The notes under the pieces: model-generated
Databases searched by the model: none
Told to the model about the DNA's origin: nothing
Seen by the model: the letters and a program-made list of their open reading frames with translations, nothing else
Part shown: piece after piece, positions 1-13,000 of the stretch
Layout: the number at the start of each line of letters is the position of its first letter
How positions within the stretch are numbered: position 1 is the stretch's first letter
Assembly: GCF_008831285.2 (NCBI RefSeq)
Contig: NC_045138.2
Coordinates: 29,574,001-29,638,000, forward strand
Direction of reading: 5' to 3'
Length of the DNA: 64,000 nucleotides
DNA from: Nymphaea colorata
Lineage: Eukaryota
Translations under genes and position numbers: made by a program

Positions 1-1
1 A

Positions 2-316
2 GAAAAATGGTGGGGTGTCAGGGGCGAGATGCGGGACAATTTCAATCACAGCAACCGAGAAATATCTCATACTGAACATTTTGAGAATAGCAGATTTGTG
101 GAGTCGGTTCTTGATGTCTACTGGGAGCTACCACCTGTGGCAGGGCCATCCCTTACGCATCAGACCAGATATGATCCTGCACGTACTGTCGACCCCATTG
201 TAGAGGATGGCAGATTCGGCTTGTTTCAGAGACTTGGTTTGACCAGACTAGAAGCGTCTGTGTTCAATGGATATACTCAGATGGTATACCTTCGGGTATC
301 TCCTCCAGGTTCTTGA
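2..316 (+). CDS. 3' end (last coding exon, truncated by window start) of a conserved plant protein of unknown function
   Basis: Open frame from base 2 (EKWWGVRGEMRDNFNHSN...ESVLDVYWELPPVAGPSLTHQTRYDPAR...FNGYTQMVYL) to TGA at 314-316, followed by a T-rich 3'UTR-like stretch. From memory this resembles the C-terminus of an uncharacterised land-plant family; no function assigned. Confidence 0.75.
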   Translation, partial: EKWWGVRGEMRDNFNHSNREISHTEHFENSRFVESVLDVYWELPPVAGPSLTHQTRYDPARTVDPIVEDGRFGLFQRLGLTRLEASVFNGYTQMVYLRVSPPGS

Positions 317-1454
317 AATGTTGGAGATACTTGTATAATGTGGTTTCAAATGGCATGTCGTGTGAAGCCTTCTTGGTTTGTCTTGTTTTTCTTCTGCTAT
401 CTGTGGTAGATCTTGTACAAACGAAGACTTCATCTTTTGATTGTAATACCTTTTTTCTCATTTTGATGGTTATGCTTGTTTTCATGTGACACAGTCATTG
501 CAGTTTTGCAGAGACTTTGCTTATTGAAGGTTTTAGCATTTCATAAGGCCCTCATTAGATGGCAAATAGCAAAACCTGGTTTTAGGAAAAACAGAATTTG
601 CCTTCGAACCAGGTTTTGGCACACCATGGTTGTCATTTCAAGTGTTTTTGTTGTCAGCAAGTCTCATTCTCATAGGTTTTTGGTAAAAAGGCAGATAAAG
701 GGGGGTCCCGACCATGACAAGTTACGTTGGAGGGGATGTTTGTGACGTTGCTGTGTGCATCAATGTGTCGGGGCTTTCTCTTCGGCTTAAAGCTATGCTA
801 AAAAGATTTGCAGAAGTCTTTCAGTGGCTGCTGTTCGATAGATTATGACGAATCAAATTTACTTGAAAAAGCATGCAAAGCCTGATGCATCTAAAAAAAA
901 AATCTTTATGAAAAAAGTGGTTGGGTTTTAAACAGGCTTTTGTCCTAGTGATCCTTTGTAAAAGAAGCATCTATGATCATTTTTCCAAAGGAATTCCAAA
1001 TTTCTGCTGCTATTGTTCAGGGGCTGCTTCCCATGTGATAGGAGCTCGTGTCCACACCAAGGGACCTTTACCTACTTTGTACTGAGCAAGAAGCCCATAA
1101 TAAGTTTGGTTTGGTGTGGAAGATGGAAGTAATCAACTGATTGAACTTTTATATATGTGAAGATATGCGCGTTACGAACTAATGCTCTTTAGCTGTCCAT
1201 TTTCGTGCTTTTTAATTCCCTTCTAGATGAAATTCTCGCCTTTTTTCGAAATCATTTTAGACTCTGGCATCATCATTCCTCTGTGAATCATCTTGATAAA
1301 GCCCAAGTAATGATGTATCCTGAAGAAACTACCCCTCTCGATGCTGCAAAGACAAGCACCATTGAACGTGGTACGACGTGCCATTGCGTCTTACGGTCTT
1401 AGTATAATAAGATACAACCTGCCAGATTGTACTAGTATGTGCACTACATGTATC

Positions 1455-1603
1455 CAGAGGTGGAACCAGAAAATTTATATGGGGAGCTTTTTTGGGGGTT
1501 TGTGTGTGTTTGTTGGGGTGGGGGCTGGGGTGGAGAATCCAGGGACTGTGGGTAGGGGCAGGGTCGCTCCTGCCTGTATGTACTAAGGTGAAATCACCTT
1601 TTG
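1455..1603. mobile_element. Degenerate member of a dispersed short MITE-like family
   Basis: The left end CAGAGGTGGAACCAGAAAATTT aligns with similar ends at 12978, 22137 and 29502. The right end GTGAAATCACCTTTTG is a weak inverted copy. G-rich interior. Confidence 0.45.
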
Positions 1604-2146
1604 GCCTTCTTTACTTTACACGCCCATGTATTTTCCACCAAGTGGACTCGTCTTCATCTCCTATTCATAGATATGAGCCCCTTACATCAGTCACCACATT
1701 GCCATGCTATTCTGCTAAAAAACGTTTCATCCAATGAATGGAAACATGTAATACTTGTGAAATGTTCATTGAAGAAAACATTTGGTTATATGGAATTATG
1801 CAGTGCCTCTGCAGTTCCTCGTGATTTTCGAATTAGATTCTACTTTGAGCTGGAGAGTATTCATATGTTAAACGTCGTCTACTGTCACATCCTCTTAGGA
1901 ACTTTGCAAGTTCATTTATCCAATTAGACCCTGAATACCAGGCAAATTGCTTCCAGAAGTAATAAGATCAGATCCATGAGGTGATCATCCTTAATGGATG
2001 ATCTCCATCAAAACCACAACGTTAAGCACATTGATATTCGTGCTACTTTGAGACACAATTCTGTACCTTTATGGAGCTCCAAATACATGTGTGAAACGAT
2101 AACAGGTCAGTAGATTTTAAGCTTTTAGCATTGTTCCAGGGCTATT

Positions 2147-5100
2147 TCATGCCACGGAGGACATGATATACCTGCAGACTCGAGCTTCTCTGTAAACAAG
2201 GCCTGGTCTACAGAAGTAACCTTCTTCGGGACTGCAGTGCCTGTCTTCTGAACAGATACACAAGCCTTCTAGTGCACAACCATTGCTTTTGAGTTCCTTT
2301 GTCCCATTAAGTAATGCGTCTGACTCCTTGCTGGAAAATGTATTCCTAGGGTCAAGCTGCTCTTTAAGGGCAATGAATTTGTCAAAATTGGGATACTTGT
2401 TCTTCACATCCATGAATGCTACATTCCTATTCTTGGCCCAGTGTGGCTTAGCTGCATATTTGAAGAATGCCATCTGTTCCACTTCCTCCCACACATCTTG
2501 GTTGAGTCTAGGAATGGAAGCATCATCTGCTCTGTAGTAATTGAAGTCCACAACAACAGAATCTTGCGGTTGGCCCAGATAAGCTTCAGATGCTTTAATG
2601 AAACGAATCAAGAACCCGTTATATAGGTCTACGCCACAGAAGTTCTCTGGCTTCAAGTTTCTCAGTGTTTTTACATCCTTAATGAAATCCTGAAACTTTG
2701 AAGCAGGGAATATGGCTGTGGTTTCATAAAAGAGTAGTCCTTTGATTCTCGGGTCCCAAGCGCAGGTTGTTAAGATATCTGCAGATGAAGAGCGTGCGCA
2801 TGACCCAGAAGCTTGCATCTTACCCTGTTGACCCACCACGGGGTAGCCTGTGAATATCAGTTTGTTGTTTTTCAAACCATTGGCCACTAACTTCTTGAAT
2901 GCCACTACACCAGCAGCCATGGTGCATTTACCCTTAATGTCCCTTGAAGATTCCAACGCCTTCTCTGCATGCACGAAACAAATCATGAGGTGCGATGAAA
3001 TTGCATACTTGGACAGCAAAATGTAAATGGAATTTTGTTTCAGAATATAAAATGTTCCATTGTTAACTTGGAGTTTAGATGGATTAGCCAAGCCGAACTC
3101 CTTACTAGTCTAGCAGGAATAGGTTTAAAAAATGTAGATAAGCCATGGTTGAGAGAGCATGGACATTTAGAAATTTAATTAACAATGGTTGGTACCTGAC
3201 GCTCTCACTGATGCACTAACAACTATATTTTGCGGTTGAAATCCAAGAAAGTCATTTCTACCATCTCCTGAGCTATTTATTGGAACTCGATCGTCTGCTC
3301 TGAATACTGCAACGTGCTGTGATGGGTACCAGGTGATATCTGCAAATTCATGTTGTCGAGCATGATCGGTGAATATTTCTTCAAATTGGCTATCACTTTT
3401 GAAATAGTTAGTGATGCTTCTTTTGAAGGCAGGTTCTAGGGAGAGCATTACCTGTGTTCAGAGTTAATGATCAGGTTAGTTTTATTTAAAGGTTAATCAG
3501 GAAAGGCACATGAATGAACCATGTGGTTGATTCCACGTATATGGCAGTTCAAGCTGGTGAGGTTCGGTCAGCCACGAACCGTGCAATGCAGGAAAAGATG
3601 GCATTGGCAAATGCAAGCCGAAGAAAAAGTTTACAAAATTCAATTCATCTGCTTTTAGTCTTGAAATACGTAACTTGGCATAGAAAGCAGTATATGAGTC
3701 TTTAAATCTAATTTCTGCAGCTGTTAGGAGTTACCCCTATCCTGTGGATGTGATAAAACTACAGAATTTAGGATCAAGGGAATCAGCTTGCACATGTAAC
3801 AATTTGGTCTATACCAAAAACGATCTGAATATGTAGCTCACAGACTATGTTCGCAAAGGAACAAATGAGTCTTGTAGGAACAAATGAGCCTTTGTGTATC
3901 TTCTCATATGAAAATAATCTTAAGCACGACAACAAAAACAGTCATGTTCCCATGGCTTCAGCTGCATCCATCAGCATGGCCGGAATCCCCCTCAATAATT
4001 GTCCTAATCTACCGGTAATAATCATTTGGGTTCACTGGCTTCAGGTGGCATATGTTGATAGCATAAAGTATAGCCCTGTACACATGTTCGACATCCAAAA
4101 TAGTACCATCTGGAGAACTAATAGTGCATAGATATGTTTAGAAGTTGAAACTGATATGGAGGAGACAGGTTGAGATGGAAAATGGAGACAAAAAGAGAAA
4201 TCCCTCTATGAAACTAGTTGAAATTAAATGGTTTATCACCATTCCCATTTTTAATCATCGACAGAAAAAAGTGTTGTGGGTGGAACACACTCATTAAAAC
4301 CTCTTTGAATCTGGAGTTGCCGCTCTCATTTATGGCTTCTAAATGCATTTGGTCATTCACTTGAGCCACCCCAGACAATTTCTGCTCCATAAAATCCTGA
4401 CTAGGCCTACCATATGAACTATGCAGGGATGAACTTATTACTAAATCAAGAAGGCCGAATCATGTAGGAAATGAACTTGTTTCATCTAAGATGGCACTGC
4501 ACCTACCGATGGAGTTCTTGACTGTTTAGCACTGTTGTTTATAATCAGATTTTAGTTCGTCCCCATATCTCAACGCCAATTATCAACTGTAAGGTTACCT
4601 TTGATATGGCACCCATAAGACCAAGGGAGACAATGGCCGCATTGAATATGGGGCTCTGCTTATCCAGTTCTATCACTTTGGCAAAGCCTTCAGAGGGACC
4701 GGCAGCCACAACCAGATTGATTCTTACCACATGGTCATGAACTGCACCTCCCTTGCCCCACCAAGAGCTCCCATGTGCTCCTGTGCTGATTAATCCCCCC
4801 AAGCTAACACCATCCCAATAAGGAGAAGCCACCAAACTCAGTCCTTCTTCTTCCACACTGTCGATCAGATCCCTAAGACCAACTCCAGCATCCGCAATAA
4901 CCGTCATTGCCGCCGCATCGACTTCGATTCCATTGTTGAGCTTAGCAGTGCTGATAAGCATCGACTTTTCACCCGCGTATCCCGGGCAAGCGAACTTGGG
5001 CATTGTATGTGAAGTTCCACTCACTGTCTTAACCTTGAACTGGTTCTTAACCGCCTCTGCAACAGCCAAACGGAGCTCTTCCTCTGTCGTGGGGTAGACG

Positions 5101-5255
5101 ACGGCCGACGCCGCGCAGTCCTTTCTGTCACCCCATACGCCATAAGAGTTGGTAATGGTGCAGCCGGAATCGTTGCAGCGAACTGGTGAGGGTGGTGGCA
5201 GAGCATGTGCAGCAAAGAAATACGTCAGAACCAGAAATGACCTCATAACTAGCAT
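2147..5255 (-). CDS. GULLO3: L-gulonolactone oxidase / D-arabinono-1,4-lactone oxidase family FAD-linked oxidoreductase (GULLO3-like), 576 aa
   Basis: Exons 5255-4599, 3451-3196 and 2964-2147 join at GT-AG in frame. Signal-peptide-like N-terminus, NSYGVWGDRKDC, FAD-binding region (SHTMPK, ISTGAHGSSWWG), EFADITWYPSQ, C-terminal HWAKNR motif and Cys-rich tail (CALEGLCICSEDRHCSP). Confidence 0.92.
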
Positions 5256-7073
5256 CGATCTGGAGCCGAGAGTTTTGGCGTATATCCTTTCGCCATTAAT
5301 ATAAACCGATCCATATGATTGAAGGTTGCGGGGAGCGGTCTGTATGAATCTTTAAAGGAAAGAAGCCAGTTTCTTCAATCATAGTTCAAGCATCCGTGCC
5401 GTTTCTGGTGTGGCCAGAGAATGAGGCCGAAGGCATGTAAAGAGGCGCCGTTATTGGAGCTTAAAGTAGAGAACGCCGCATTCTAACTTTCCATTGGACT
5501 GGGTTTTACCTTTTCTAAATTGCAACTCGCGTTGTTAAACATACTACAAAATAGTGTCTCAGATTTTAAGGCAAGCTTTCTTAATTCAATATATATCAAA
5601 GTAGTTGATGTTTTTTTTTTTGGGTGGAGATAAAAGAAACCTTAAGGGGATGAATAAGAGACCCACCATTCTCTTCAAAGCAGATCATCTGCACTAAATG
5701 TATAATTAACAAATTTTCAATTGATCACTGAGCTCCATATAACTTGCGCTAAGTCCACCCAAATCAAACATTGAATTAATGTTTCACAAAGTGGACTTTA
5801 TGGGGTGTGCCTCATGGAGCCCTTACCTATCTCCTGTTCAACTATGAGCTACCACCCTCATCTACAAAGTGTTACCATGGAGTTCCAATAAAAAGCTTCT
5901 GCACAAAACTTGCACAAATTGAAATATCTTCTGCTTGTTGATAGAGGCAAAGCGTTGCAAAGCCGACAATATCTGTTATTTTGATTATTTAGTTGATGCC
6001 CAAATTTAAGAGCAAATGAGGGTTAATTATAAAAAATAAAAGACCTCAACCTGACCAATAATACTAAACTCCTATTCCTGCAACTTCTTTCATTTGAAAA
6101 TAATTATAAGTTTCAAGGTTTTGGACGCTGTCGACTTTAACGGTGAAATACATCTGAAATGCTAGACTAGAATATGAGCTGCGTCGTCGGCACAATCGAT
6201 CCCGAGTTTCTTTCTACCAAATGTTGCGTGAAAAGAGTGTGTTTTTATAGTACATCTATTAAAGTATGCAGGCCAAACAAACAGTTGTACATTCTTTAAA
6301 ACCCTTTCTAAATCTCATGCTTTTAGTGGATACCATTTTAATGGCGACATTATCATAAGCACTGGTGGTGGTGTCTTGTATAGCGTTGGGGAATGATTTC
6401 AATCCTTTTCAGCAGCCGTAAAGAATCCTGACATATGGATTGTCTTGCCTTGCTTGAGATCCACGCCACGGAGGTTGCTTCTGCACCAACTTCTGATCTA
6501 CCGCCCTCCCTTCTCGATGCTGCTTCTGCAAGACAAAATCTCCGGTATTTTATGTAATGCTGGTGGGCGTTTTGCAGAATTCTTTTGCTTTTCCCCGTGG
6601 AGGAAGAAGACACAGACCAAACTGTTTGCTCCTTGCAATTTGCTGACAGAATGTGTGGTGCGAGTTTTGTTGTTTTCCGGCAGGAGGCTGATCGGTAGGC
6701 CCTCCGTCCTCTTCAGCTTTGCCGAAGATACAAGTTGCGGAACTTGCACCGCGGGGACATTAAAAAGGAATGGGAATGGCAGTAATAATTTCATTCATCC
6801 GCCCAAAGAAGATTCCTCCTTTCTTTCGCATTTGATTCAGTGTTGGAAATTATATCTACAAAAAATTTTGCGAATGAAGATATATAGTACCTATCATGTT
6901 AAGAAACAAAATGTTTGTTGTTTTTACATTTATCATGGACTCTGGAAAATGATACCTCATCGACTCCACAGTCTATACTTACAGTTTCAGCTTACCCAAA
7001 TAATGTTCATGGAAATTTAATAAAACTAGACCACGACTACCCACAACTCAGCTATATATTGCAACCCTTCTAG

Positions 7074-7276
7074 GGCGTTTAGTGAAAGGAATTTAAATTT
7101 CTGGAACACATGTTTTTTCAAAAGCACTATATATTTTTTTAGAAATAGTATGATACTTTCCAGCTTTTAGTTTTCTGTATGGAGAAGTATCATCAATAAT
7201 TTCCATCAAGGATTCGTTGAAATATTTTGTGGAAAGAAGTGTTCCAAAGAACATAATATTCTTCTTATCAAATGTC
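7074..7276. mobile_element. Eroded Tourist-like (PIF/Harbinger) MITE
   Basis: Imperfect inverted ends GGCGTTTAGTGAAAGGAATTTAAATTTCTGGAACAC / GTGTTCCAAAGAACATAATATTCTTCTTATCAAATGTC. The right-end ~33 bp recur almost identically at 36279-36311. Confidence 0.5.
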
Positions 7277-7521
7277 AGCTTGTTGTGACAAGTTTTCTTA
7301 TAATTTTGATACTTAATACTTTTTCAAGTTCATGGTTGTTACACGAGTCTTTTATTTTCCTCCCTTTGGTTTGAGTGAGTCGGAGGGAACCCACTACTAA
7401 GTGAGAGACTGAAACCCTTACTTTTTTTGTGTTGAGAGACGTCGATGGTCCTATGATATACTTTTCAACTCGAGTTTTTTGTTTACGTCTGTTTACACGT
7501 TTACAATGCAGATGAATAGCA

Positions 7522-7583
7522 CCCATAAGACTTAAACCAAAAACACATCGTCCCCACAAGACTTAAACCAAAAACACATCGTC
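7522..7583. repeat. 31-bp tandem duplication
   Basis: CCCA(T/C)AAGACTTAAACCAAAAACACATCGTC twice, one mismatch. Confidence 0.9.
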
Positions 7584-9066
7584 GATATGCCATTCAAATT
7601 ACCAGTTATGCCAAGCCCCTCGACACAATTTATGCCCTCTAGTTACAAATTATGATAGAACACGTAGCTTTTTAAAGTCCAAACAGGGGTTTTTCACTTT
7701 GCCTATCATGTTTTTGATATTCTCAATGTAAAGCCACGTCTCGGGGTACTTGCACTTGGGTTCCAGATGTGTAGACCTCTTTACCAAATTGATAATCTCT
7801 TGGGTTCAACGCGCAGTCTATATGCGCGGCTTGTGTGAACCTTCCAAACAACTAATTTAGGAACCTCAGAAATGCAGATTTTGGAAAATTTTGACAAATT
7901 TCAGATCCAAATCAGTAGGGTGTTTAGAGTTTATATTCTAACTTTTTGTACTTGAGCGTAAAATTGTATGGACATCCAAGTTAGTTGTATATCAAAATGT
8001 TAACCATAAAGGATATAAGTGATCACAGTTAGGATTAACAGTGCATATACATTACAAATCAAAAGTAATATTTCTTGAAGATGGATGCCAACTGACCTTT
8101 TGATGTAAAAAAAAAAAAAAAAAACTTTTAGTGTGGGAGTATGTAAATTTAAAAATATTGATAGGAACGACTCCTAAAAGTTCTCAATACATTCTCACAT
8201 ATCATGGTACTCTTGTTCAGTAGCTGCCACGGTGAATATTTTGGATATAAATGGGTTCAGCAGTATTAAACTGGCAGATATCTCTTAGCTTGGTTAAATT
8301 TTACCTAAAATAATATTAATGGCACTCAAACGAGAAGTGGCTCCCAAAACGAACTGAACAAACTGAAGTTACTGAACTAATGGTGTTGAATCTTCATCCT
8401 CTGTTGCTATAACAGCCTACTCGCAATCGAGCTTATAACGAGGCCGTCAGAAAGTTTGAACTGTTCTTTTACGTTTTTCTCAGTTTGCCGTATGAGTACT
8501 GTAACATCTCTTGAACTGACTCATTTACTAAATAGTTTTGTAGTCTCAATCAGGAACTAAAATATAAAATAGTAGTGCCTTTTTCTTGATGACATCGATA
8601 TATAAAACGTAGCTATCCTTCTCTTTCTTTTTTTCTCTCTCCCTCATATCATTACCAACATTCAGAATCTTGATTACAGATCACATATTATGAACACTGA
8701 CCGGTGTATCATCACGACGACTCATTGAAGTCCACACATTCAGCATCCTTTGAATTATAGTAACAATATTTCACATAAACAACAGGATTACATCACAATC
8801 AAGTGCAATTTTATTGCAATAATGTACATTCACGCAAGTACACAATCTGCTGCAATTCATGAAAACACCAGCAATCAAAGTAAAAACCAAAATTTCACCT
8901 TAACATTTTACATTCTTCTTTCCTTCACCATAGAAGGCGTCATCAAGATATCTCTTTCTCTCTCTCTCTCTCTCTCTATGCCCACATGAAGAAACTGCGC
9001 AGATCACACACACTGTCTCTAGTAACAGTAATCTATCACTTCAGTCGGTCGGCATGCTCATCACCA

Positions 9067-10086
9067 TCATCCTTCGGCCAGCTCGAGGCCCCACTTCTCC
9101 TGCAGGGACCGGAGCAGCTGCAGCCCCTTCCGCCTCGCCCTCGCGCTGCATTGCTGCCCCTGCAGCGCCAGAGCCACCACCTGCGCCAGCCCCTCCGGCG
9201 CCACCGTCGTCTCCGACACCGGACCCGCCGCGCACACTGCCGCCAGCACGCTGAGTGCGTACTCCGCCCCCCTTCCTGTCATCTTCCCTACCAGCTCTAG
9301 CAGCAGCGGCACCGCCAACGCGTGCCCTCTCAGCTCCGCCACGCCTTCTGCCACGGTGCAGAGCAGCTCCAGCGCTGCCAGCGCCCGTTCGGCCGCTGCC
9401 CCGCTCAGCCCAGGCAGCGCCTCCAGCACTGCCGCCACTGCCCCAGCCTCCACAGCCGGCCGCCTGCTTGGCTCTGCCAAGCAGAGCGCCAGCAGGACCT
9501 TCACCGCTGCCCGAGCCTGCTCCGCCACTCCCACCATCCGAACCACCCCCTGCACCACCGTGGGCGGACAGGGGACTCCGCCTCCGGTGGCAGGCGGAGG
9601 GTTGGGAACGAGGGAGCGTTCCAGGAGGCGGAGGGCCTCGATCTTCTCCGTCTCCGAGTCGGAGGAGAATTGGAGTTCAGAGAGGTGGAACAGCTCCGCC
9701 AGGTCGGGCACCGGCCCTGGAGGAGATAGCGGAGGAGCGGTGTCCGGCATCGATGGCGGCACTGGTGGTGGCGGCGGAGAAGGAAGCGGCTCGTAGTCTG
9801 TGGGACGGTGGAGGAGGAGTGGCGTCTTGGGGAGGGGGAAGCGCCACTGGGTGAAGCTCTGGGAGGTGGCGGAGGAAGACGAAGATGAAGACGACGAAGG
9901 CGGTGGAGATTCCGTTCGAGGATGCACGGAAACTGCCGGAGCGGCCGGAGATGGCTGCTGGACGGTGGCGATCGTCGTCGCAGGCGGTGGAGCGGTCGGG
10001 CTCAGCACGGTTTCTGTGCAATGACCGAAGATGCCGCAGGAGAAGAGGGTGCGGGGTGGCTGCTTGATCTTTGGGTGGTTCTTCAT
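9067..10086 (-). CDS. Intronless ARM-repeat protein with a Pro/Ser-rich N-terminus and no U-box, 339 aa
   Basis: ATG at 10086 (MKNHPKIK; the ORF-track start at 10161 is TTG). ARM-like helices AVKVLLALCLAEPSRRPAVEAGAVAAVLE, AAERALAALELLCTVAEG and GAEYALSVL resemble the C-terminal part of plant U-box/ARM proteins. A (CT)n tract lies in the 3'UTR. Confidence 0.85.
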   Translation of the reverse strand: MKNHPKIKQPPRTLFSCGIFGHCTETVLSPTAPPPATTIATVQQPSPAAPAVSVHPRTESPPPSSSSSSSSSATSQSFTQWRFPLPKTPLLLHRPTDYEPLPSPPPPPVPPSMPDTAPPLSPPGPVPDLAELFHLSELQFSSDSETEKIEALRLLERSLVPNPPPATGGGVPCPPTVVQGVVRMVGVAEQARAAVKVLLALCLAEPSRRPAVEAGAVAAVLEALPGLSGAAAERALAALELLCTVAEGVAELRGHALAVPLLLELVGKMTGRGAEYALSVLAAVCAAGPVSETTVAPEGLAQVVALALQGQQCSARARRKGLQLLRSLQEKWGLELAEG

Positions 10087-13000
10087 CGCCGGGCACAGCC
10101 TCCGGCCGGAGGTGGTGGCGCCGCCGGTTGTGGTGGAGAAGGAGGGCCTTCCAACTTCCAAGACGTGGGCAGAGGAAGGATGGAGCAGAGCAGAGTAAGA
10201 AAGAGTGCATCGGCGTTCTACGTTGGAGAAAAAGATTGATGGATTCTTAATGACAAAAGTAACCCTTCACCTCTCGGTTGCTTACACTCTGCTTGGGGGA
10301 ATATGTGAATATCTTTAGGAACAGTTTCGTCTATAAAAATCTTTTGGTGCTCCCCCGAGACGACGTACGTCCTGCTCTGAATTGCCAAAGGTGGGCAGAC
10401 AGCCCTGTCCACGTTCACCAGATCTTCTGATGACGAAACTACCCTTTGGAATTTCTGTATTCCTAGACGACTCACTGTATCAGCCATTCCGATACGAAAC
10501 GACTGGCATCAAGTTGTATATACTACAAGGCAAAGGAATCAACTAATCATCTACTCTTTGAATGCCGATTCGTGGGTAAGATATAGAAGTTTATCACTAG
10601 GAAGTTTCAATTTCCTTTGTACTTAAAGATTTGGTGAATTTGAATCTGTTCTAGTTTTCCTATTAGCATGTCTTCTAAGGGAGAATGATAGACCGCTTTA
10701 AAGGCAGATGAAACAATGGAAATTTCTAAGGCTTATGACAAAAGAATGCCCAAAACAGGAACCATTTTCTCAAGAACTGCTTTCAGACATGGAAAAAAAC
10801 AGAAACAAAAAAAAAAAGACTGCAGGTTTTGAAAGTTTTCTTGGGTAGTTGCTAGTTTGAAACGATGTGGAAAAGGATGGCTTGGATATCCTTTTCAAGA
10901 ATGAAAATTTTCATGCCTTTAAGTACACAGATCTGAGATGGTTGTACATGTGATTCTTTCCACCATGTGAGCCTGTGTACCTTGATGTTTGTCTGTAGAG
11001 ATGCAAGGAGCGGCCGAGTTCTTGACCGAGTTCATGAACTAGTCTTTCTTCTCTCGTTACAAACCTAAAATGAAAGAAATTTGAAAGGTCCTGACGGAGG
11101 ACGCCGCTGCCCGAACCGGCGGCCTTTTCAATTACCAACTCGGACCGGAAGTACCTTGCTTTAATGAGAAGGATAAAAGAGGAATTTGCCGCGCCCTGCA
11201 AGGGAAAGGGTCCTGCTACTTTCTGCCTTTTGTCGAAGGTGGTTTTCAGAAAAAAAGAAAAAGGCAAACTGAAAAGCAAAAAAGGCTACGTGGCTTAACA
11301 CGTGCGGAGAGCGTCAGAGGGCTGAGTCACCGAATCGTTCCCGATATCCATTTCATTTTCTTAAACCAAAAAAAAGAAAAAGAAAAAAAGTTCAACCGGA
11401 TCAATTTGGACCCGGTTCATCCACCATAACATTTGACTGCCCCGGGTTTAGGGAAAAGAGATATATTTCCATTGATTGATTTAATTGGATCTTATGTGAT
11501 TGGATTTAGACCTCAATTTTTTTTTAACTCAAATTCGAGTTCTTAAACAAATTTTTATTCTTTAAGTTACTTTAAATTGAAAAAAGCATAGTAACAGGAA
11601 ACACACACGTTTTTTTTTTTGAAAAAAATGACAAATTAAATGGCTGTTTAAAACTTTAAAAGCAGCCTTTTAAAAAAAATGTGAAAAACAAAAAAAACAC
11701 GTTTTTAACCCTTTTTAATGCATTTTTTCACCTTTTTTTTTCAGTTTTTTTTAATGTCAAACAGTTTTTTTCTCATTTTCCATTTTATATTTTATGTAAA
11801 TGTACCTATCTTTTGATGTTTGTGTTATTATTATCTCTTCATTTTTAGTTCTTTAAATTTTTTAAAAATTTACCATATTTTTTTTTTCAAGCTCGCAGTA
11901 TTATACTTGAAAATAACTTCATGCTTTAAATCCTTAAAGTAACTACTTGTGGCAAATAATATCCTCCAGTTCACTTTGGTGCATCAGAAAAGATGTTTAT
12001 GACATTGATGGATGAGTTGTAAAATATTTAATTCATATACATTTGAAACAGCCATCAAACGATATAAACAGCTGCAGTCCATTGTTTATTTTAAAAGCCA
12101 ATATGGAAAAATGTGTAGATGCATCACATTTTTTTTCTAAATAAACAAGATCAAGTAAGAAAAAATCAATAAAATCCAATTGAAAATAATGAAATAAAAC
12201 AAAATTTTATTTCTGACCCTTGGATCGAAAGAGAGAGAGGGAGGTGTGGTTTGGCATTGTCTACTTACTTTTTTCTAACAATAGAACCAAAGATTACCAT
12301 AGTAAAAGAGAAAAAGGAGGTAAATTCTCTGACAGCATCTGTTTCCTAACTACATTAAACTGTGGGGCAGGTGAGGTAACACAATTTTTTCAACTTAACT
12401 TTCCACTTTCATTATTAGATAAAAGAAAATGCAGACAAGGTAAAGGCCAACTTTTCACTGTGGTGTTAGGGGTGGCTCCTTGTGCATGTCAGAGGGATCA
12501 TTTAAGGGCAGTGTGGCTTCTCTCTGCTCTACAATTGGTCCATCCCCCATATGATTGACTCCATTATTGCTGCCCTGCATTGGACTTTTGTTCCCTCCAT
12601 GCATGAACTAGAGAAATAAATCAAATGAATAAATGAACAGTATGCAAAAAAAAATCCATGCCAAAAAGTTATGTGTTCTTATAGACATACATAGCGTGCA
12701 ACATGACTGGGTTCTGTGCAGAAATATATCAAGGTTGTGCTTGAATCTTATCTTCAAGAGACCGCAGTTTGTTTTTTTGACAGGTTTTTTAGAATTTGGG
12801 TTATGTGTTTGAACAATAAGACAACAACAATGTTTTCTATGAAAAACATGGGGAAAGAGGGAGGCCAGATGATTCATACCCTTTTGAAAATTTGCTTTGT
12901 AGAAAATGGTTTTCTTCATCAATCAAATACACTTTGAATGGTGTTTTAGATGCAAAATAGTTTTACTTCCAAAACAGCAGCGCCGGAGCCAGAAAAATTT

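Noticed and set aside
6353..7020. 191-aa and 98-aa ORFs upstream of GULLO
   Set aside because: No recognisable motif, a non-ATG start for the longest, and no supporting splice structure.
8986..10239. Multiple overlapping plus-strand and alternative-frame ORFs over the ARM gene
   Set aside because: Shadow ORFs caused by high GC and few stop codons; low-complexity Pro/Ala/Arg translations with no domain.
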